Of a DNA stretch of 64,000 bases, positions 58,301 through 64,000 are shown in pieces. The translations under genes and the position numbers were made by a program. The first letter of the stretch is position 1, and the number at the start of each line of letters is the position of its first letter. The DNA comes from Dendrobates tinctorius (lineage: Eukaryota). The notes below the pieces were generated by a model that worked only from the letters and a program-made list of their open reading frames with translations, ran no database searches and was not told the DNA's origin. The stretch covers positions 4,526,001-4,590,000 of the forward strand of contig NW_027361924.1 in NCBI RefSeq assembly GCF_039654945.1, written 5' to 3'.

Positions 58301-61300
58301 ATTGGCCCTCCACAGTCACCTCATCTCACAGCTCTGATTCATTCTCCTTTCCCCATCAACTCCATCCACAAGAGGTGGAGCCGCTTCACGAAAAGGAGGA
58401 GGAAGAGGAGGGTGTGGGAAAAATGAAAAAAGAAAAAAAAAAAGCAATAGTCAAATGCACAGGACTCCTCCACACAGACCTTACAGGTGGAGCAGCATTT
58501 AGTGAAGCATCTCTTAGGTGTCTGCAAAGGGGAGCCTGGCTCTTCCCCGCTTCTCCAGCCCATGGAGTGCACTTTTGAAGGTACAGAATAGTCTAGAAAG
58601 TCTTTTTTGAAGTTTTACATTTAAAAAAAAATATATAATAATAATAAAAAAAAATTAGAAATGCCGTAATATGTAAAAATATATATAATTTTGCTTATAC
58701 AAACATGTCAATGAGGTATACCGTGTAAAGATTTATTATTATACTTTATCTTACGATGTGCTTTATGCTTATTATAGTCATTTATGCTCCATTTTATTCC
58801 TAGGCTACTTAATATAACTGAGTGCGTGCAACTTATACATGGATGGAAATATTCTATATGTCATCAATGTACATAGTTCTGACCTGGATACAAGGACTTG
58901 GCTACAGTGGGTGCAGAGATAGTAGTCACACACGATCACCGGCTACAGTGGGTGCAGAGATAGTAGTTACACATGATCACCGGCTACAGTGGGTGCAGAG
59001 ATAGTAGTCACACATGATCACCGGCTACAGTGGGTGCAGAGATAGTAGTCACACATGGTCACAGGCTACAGTGGGTGCAGAGACAGTAGTCACACATGAT
59101 CACTGGCTACAGTGGGTGCAGAGATAGTAGTCACACATGGTCACCGGCTACAGTGGGTGCAGAGATAGTAGTCACACACGGTCACCGGCTACAGTGGGTG
59201 CAGAGATAGTAGTTACACATGATCACTGGCTACAGTGGGTGCAGAGATAGTAGTCACACATGATCACCGGCTACAGTGGGTGCAGAGATAGTAGTCACAC
59301 ATGGTCACAGGCTACAGTGGGTGCAGAGATAGTAGTCACACATGGTCACAGGCTACAGTGGGTGCAGAGACAGTAGTCACACATGATCACCGGCTACAGT
59401 GGGTGCAGAGATAGTAGTCACACATGATCACCGGCTACAGTGGGTGCAGAGATAGTAGTCACACATGGTCACAGGCTACAGTGGGTGCAGAGACAGTAGT
59501 CACACATGATCACTGGCTACAGTGGGTGCAGAGATAGTAGTCACACATGGTCACCGGCTACAGTGGGTGCAGAGATAGTAGTCACACACGGTCACCGGCT
59601 ACAGTGGGTGCAGAGATAGTAGTCACACATGATCACTGGCTACAGTGGGTGCAGAGATAGTAGTCACACATGGACACTGGCTACAGTGGGTGCAGAGATA
59701 GTAGTTACACATGATCACCGGCTACAGTGGGTGCAGAGATAGTAGTCACACATGATCACCGGCTACAGTGGGTGCAGAGATAGTAGTCACACATGATCAC
59801 CGGCTACAGTGGGGGCAGAGATAGTAGTCACACATGGTCACCGGCTACAGTGGGTGCAGCGATAGTAGTCACACATGATCACCGGCTACAGTGGGTGCAG
59901 GGATAGTAGTCACGCACGATCACCGGCTACAGTGGGTGCAGAGATAGTAGTCACACATGGACACTGGCTACAGTGGGTGCAGAGATAGTAGTCACACATG
60001 ATCACCGGCTACAGTGGGGGCAGAGATAGTAGTCACACATGATCACCGGCTACAGTGGGTGCAGAGATAGTAGTCACACATGATCACCGGCTACAGTGGG
60101 TGCAGAGATAGTAGTCACACACGGTCACCGGCTACAGTGGGTGCAGAGATAGTAGTCACACACGATCACTGGCTACAGTGGGTGCAGAGATAGTAGTCAC
60201 ACATGGACACTGGCTACAGTGGGTGCAGAGATAGTAGCCACACATGATCACTGGCTACAGTGGGTGCAGAGATAGTAGTCACACATGATCACCGGCTACA
60301 GTGGGTGCAGAGATAGTAGTCACACATGATCACCGGCTACAGTGGGGGCAGAGATAGTAGTCACACATGGTCACCGGCTACAGTGGGTGCAGCGATAGTA
60401 GTCACACATGATCACCGGCTACAGTGGGTGCAGGGATAGTAGTCACGCACGATCACCGGCTACAGTGGGTGCAGAGATAGTAGTCACACATGGTCACCGG
60501 CTACAGTGGGGGCAGAGATAGTAGTCACACATGATCACCGGCTACAGTGGGTGCAGAGATAGTAGTCACACATGATCACCGGCTACAGTGGGTGCAGAGA
60601 TAGTAGTCACACACGGTCACCGGCTACAGTGGGTGCAGAGATAGTAGTCACACACGATCACCGGCTACAGTGGGTGCAGAGATAGTAGTCACACACGATC
60701 ACCGGCTACAGTGGGTGCAGGGATAGTAGTCACACACGATCACTGGCTACAGTGGGTGCAGAGATAGTAGTCACACACGGTCACCGGCTACAGTGGGTGC
60801 AGAGATAGTAGTCACACACGATCACCGGCTACAGTGGGTGCAGAGACAGTAGTCACACACGATCACCGGCTACAGTGGGTGCAGAGACAGTAGTCACACA
60901 CGGTCACCGGCTACAGTGGGTGCAGAGATAGTAGTCACACACGGTCACCGGCTACAGTGGGTGCAGAGATAGTAGTCACACACGGTCACCGGCTACAGTG
61001 GGTGCAGAGATAGTAGTCACACACGATCACTGGCTACAGTGGGTGCAGGGATAGTAGTCACACACGATCACCGGCTACAGTGGGTGCAGAGATAGCAGTC
61101 ACACATGATCACCGGCTACAGTGGGTGCAGAGATAGTAGTCACACATGATCACCGGCTACAGTGGGTGCAGAGATAGTAGTCACACATGATCACCGGCTA
61201 CAGTGGGTGCAGGGATAGTAGTCACACATGATCACCGGCTACAGTGGGTGCAGAGATAGTAGTCACACATGATCACCGGCTACAGTGGGTGCAGAGATAG

Positions 61301-63995
61301 TAGTCACACATGGTCACAGGCTACAGTGGGTGCAGAGATAGTAGTCACACATGATCACCGGCTACAGTGGGTGCAGAGATAGTAGTCACACATGGTCACA
61401 GGCTACAGTGGGTGCAGAGATAGTAGTCACACATGATCACCGGCTACAGTGGGGGCAGAGATAGTAGTTACACATGATCACCGGCTACAGTGGGTGCAGA
61501 GATAGTAGTCACACATGGTCACAGGCTACAGTGGGTGCAGAGATAGTAGTCACACATGATCACCGGCTACAATGGGTGCAGAGATAGTAGTCACACATGA
61601 TCACCGGCTACAGTGGGTGCAGAGATAGTAGTCACACATGGTCACAGGCTACAGTGGGTGCAGAGATAGTAGTCACACATGGTCACAGGCTACAGTGGGT
61701 GCAGAGATAGTAGTCACACATGGTCACAGGCTACAGTGGGTGCAGAGATAGTAGTCACACATGGTCACAGGCTACAGTGGGTGCAGAGATAGTAGTCACA
61801 CATGGTCACAGGCTACAGTGGGTGCAGAGATAGTAGTCACACATGATCACCGGCTACAATGGGTGCAGAGATAGTAGTCACACATGATCACCGGCTACAG
61901 TGGGTGCAGAGATAGTAGTCACTCATGGTCACAGGCTACAGTGGGTGCAGGGATAGTAGTCACACATGATCACCGGCTACAGTGGGTGCAGAGATAGTAG
62001 TCACACATGATCACCGGCTACAGTGGGTGCAGAGATAGTAGTCACACATGATCATTAATTACAGTGGATACAAAATTAGTACTTGCACCCAATCCCCGGC
62101 TGCAGTGGGTGCAGAGGTAGTCGCACCCAATTCCCGGCTGCAGTGGGTGCAGAGGTAGTCGCACCCAATCCCCGGCTGCAGTGCGTGCAGAGGTAGTCGC
62201 ACCCAATTCCCGGCTGCAGTGGGTGCAGAGGTAGTCGCACCCAATCCCCGGCTGCAGTGCGTGCAGAGGTAGTCGCACCCAATTCCCGGCTGCAGTGGGT
62301 GCAGAGGTAGTCGCACCCAATCCCCGGCTGCAGTGGGTGCAGAGGTAGTCGCACCCAATTCCCGGCTGCAGTGGGTGCAGAGGTAGTCGCACCCAATCCC
62401 CGGCTGCAGTGGGGTGCCGAGTACTTGTACCCATTATTGCCTCATGGTAGTTGGGGTTCTTGTTACAGATTTTTCTGTAGGGCACCAGAACTTCAAGGTT
62501 CTGCCTCTTTCTGGATATAAGAGATTTTATTGACTTGATCCTTTCATAAAAGATATTTTGACCTCAACATATTCTATACACATTTTATAATCCCTCTTTT
62601 CCTTGCTGGGGAAACACAATCACTCTCCTGACAGTAAAACCACAAACAGACAGAAAGATTAGTGTTTTTTTTTTCTTTTCATAGCAACCAACCAGATTCC
62701 AGTTCTCATTTTAAAATTGCTAGTTTGGAAATGACACCTGTGTTCTGATTGGTTGCTATGGGTAGCTACTCTGGTAGTCTGGTTTAGGTTTTGACACAAG
62801 GCCGCAATGTATTATTATAGTGTTTACTTTACCATCCGTTGTCCAGAATTGCTACTTTCTCTCTATTCCATGATTGTAAGCGCGCAAACAGCCATCTCTG
62901 TGGTAAAATAAGTCAGATGGTTGTGTCTATGGCCAGTACTCTTCCTTTCCTACAAAATGGCTGCCGGGATATATGGAATCTGCTGTCAATTCAGGCATTT
63001 CTATTTTTCTCTCTAGATATGCTTCAGCTCATCCACAATCAAGACAATGACTTCTCCGGGTTTTTTGATAGTCCCTTTGGGCCGGTCAGCACTCCTAGCC
63101 AGGACGGTGCCCCTAATGTGGACCTTGCTGGCGGCGCAGCACTCAGCTCCCTGGAGGGATTACTGGCGGCGCCCACAAACTCAACCCCCATGAAGTTGTT
63201 CCCTCATTCAGTACCCAGTTCCCAAAGTCCGTCTATTGCGCCCCAACCGCAGGACAATCTCGCACAGCAGCTGAAGCTTGGGGTACAAAGTTTGGCCAAG
63301 GATGAGCCCATGCAGACCTGCCCCTCTACACCGCACGCTCAGAGCAAAGTGCAAGCGGCACCGGTGCCACAGCCAATGCAGGGCATGACGTTCGGGAAGA
63401 ACTTGGTGCAGCCTCAGTATAACACCCAGCCGGTGACTGGATATGCAGGTAATCATGGAGGTAGCCTGCTGCAGGAAAAAACGAGATCAATGAGGCTTCC
63501 TCCATGACTGATAAAGCGTTTTATTTTGCTGCAGCGCAAAGTCCTCCGTCTCAGCCGCCGCTGCAGACCGTTGCCAGTCAATCCTTGCAAAGTGTTGTAA
63601 GCCAGCCTGTTCAGACTGTGGTGACCCAGGCCCCGGTCCTGCCGACTGTGGCAGCGCAACCACTGCAGACGCCCTGTACGCCCCATATCACGCAACCCCT
63701 CACCATCCACACTCAGAGTCTATCTCCCCAATTCCTGACCACCACCGCCAGTACGGCTTCCATAACCTCACAAATCCAGCAGGTTCCAGTAAGTGAGTCT
63801 TCTCATCCCCCCCCATGCTCCCATTGATGGTGGTCCGACAGTGCATATTACTACTAATATGACTTCTTTTGACAGGTTCTCCTCCAGCCTCATTTCATCA
63901 AAGCCGAGTCTCTGCTGCTTACTGCTGTGAAGACGGACGCAACGGGGATGAAAACCACACCGACCACCATACAGACCACCCCACTGCAAATGCCG
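55214..63995 (+). CDS. SREBF1: Sterol regulatory element-binding protein 1, 5' part; exons 1a 55214-55325 (or 1c 58562-58580), 63017-63448, 63535-63788, 63876-63995
   Basis: SEIDTALLSDID|DMLQLIHNQDNDFSGFFD acidic activation domain; SQIQQVP|VLLQPHFIKAESLLLT; synteny with TOM1L2. Confidence 0.95.
55833..55862 (+). promoter_or_regulatory. CRE palindrome adjacent to a DR4/LXRE-like element
   Basis: CGTGACGTCACG (55833-55844) then GGGTTA-ctgt-CGGTCA (55847-55862). Confidence 0.65.
58152..58324 (+). promoter_or_regulatory. SREBP-1c-type promoter: C/EBP site, two DR4 LXREs, inverted CCAAT, SRE-like site
   Basis: TTGCGCAA 58152; TGTCCT-ataa-TAACCC 58193-58208; TGAACG-ctag-TAACCT 58219-58234; CTGATTGGCC ~58298; GTCACCTCAT 58315-58324. 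Confidence 0.8.
58562..58580 (+). CDS. SREBF1: SREBF1 alternative first exon 1c (MECTFE)
   Basis: CCATGGAGTGCACTTTTGAAG|gtacag; phase-1 donor joins exon 2 in frame; mammalian 1c begins MDCTFEDMLQLI. Confidence 0.88.
58900..62050. repeat. 41-bp minisatellite (GGCTACAGTGGGTGCAGAGATAGTAGTCACACATGATCACC), ~77 copies
   Basis: 41-bp period. Confidence 0.97.
62085..62415. repeat. Related 38-bp minisatellite, ~8 copies
   Basis: GGCTGCAGTGGGTGCAGAGGTAGTCGCACCCAATYCCC. Confidence 0.93.
63017..63448 (+). CDS. SREBF1: SREBF1 exon 2
   Basis: ctctag|ATATG... GCAG|gtaatc (an in-phase alternative GT lies 12 nt downstream). Confidence 0.92.
63535..63788 (+). CDS. SREBF1: SREBF1 exon 3
   Basis: gctgcag|CG ... 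QIQQVP|gtaagt. Confidence 0.9.
63876..63995 (+). CDS. SREBF1: SREBF1 exon 4
   Basis: gacag|VLLQPHFIKAESLLLTAVKTD...TTPLQMP|gtgcg (donor at window edge, less certain). Confidence 0.88.
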
Positions 63996-64000
63996 GTGCG

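Noticed and set aside
55325-64000. miR-33 hairpin in SREBF1
   Set aside because: Where present it lies in a far 3' intron beyond this window; no GTGCATTG(T/C)...TTGCATTG hairpin seen here.

Overview
Eukaryotic (vertebrate, most likely anuran/frog - inferred from gene content and TE repertoire) genomic DNA, orthologous to the human DRC3-TOM1L2-SREBF1 block. Minus strand: 5' part of DRC3/LRRC48 (5 coding exons, 251-3801, runs off the left edge). Head-to-head with it on the plus strand is a complete TOM1L2 gene (ATG 4660, stop 39454, 15 core exons = 504 aa, plus a 66-nt candidate cassette exon; AATAAA at 41440). Then the 5' part of SREBF1, with an exon 1a (55214-55325), a SREBP-1c-type exon (MECTFE, 58562-58580) preceded by two DR4/LXRE-like sites, a CCAAT box and an SRE-like site, and exons 2-4. 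Introns hold a full-length but decayed DIRS-type tyrosine-recombinase retrotransposon (18485-24638) that inserted between the branch point and acceptor of TOM1L2 exon 4, a DD38E Tc1-like transposon nested in a hAT-type MITE, further MITE/Tc1/CR1 relics, and more than ten minisatellite arrays. Nearly all long ORFs in the supplied track are artefacts of those arrays. I found no wholly new gene system. The strongest leads are the amphibian SREBP-1c exon/promoter and the splice-signal rewiring caused by the DIRS insertion.
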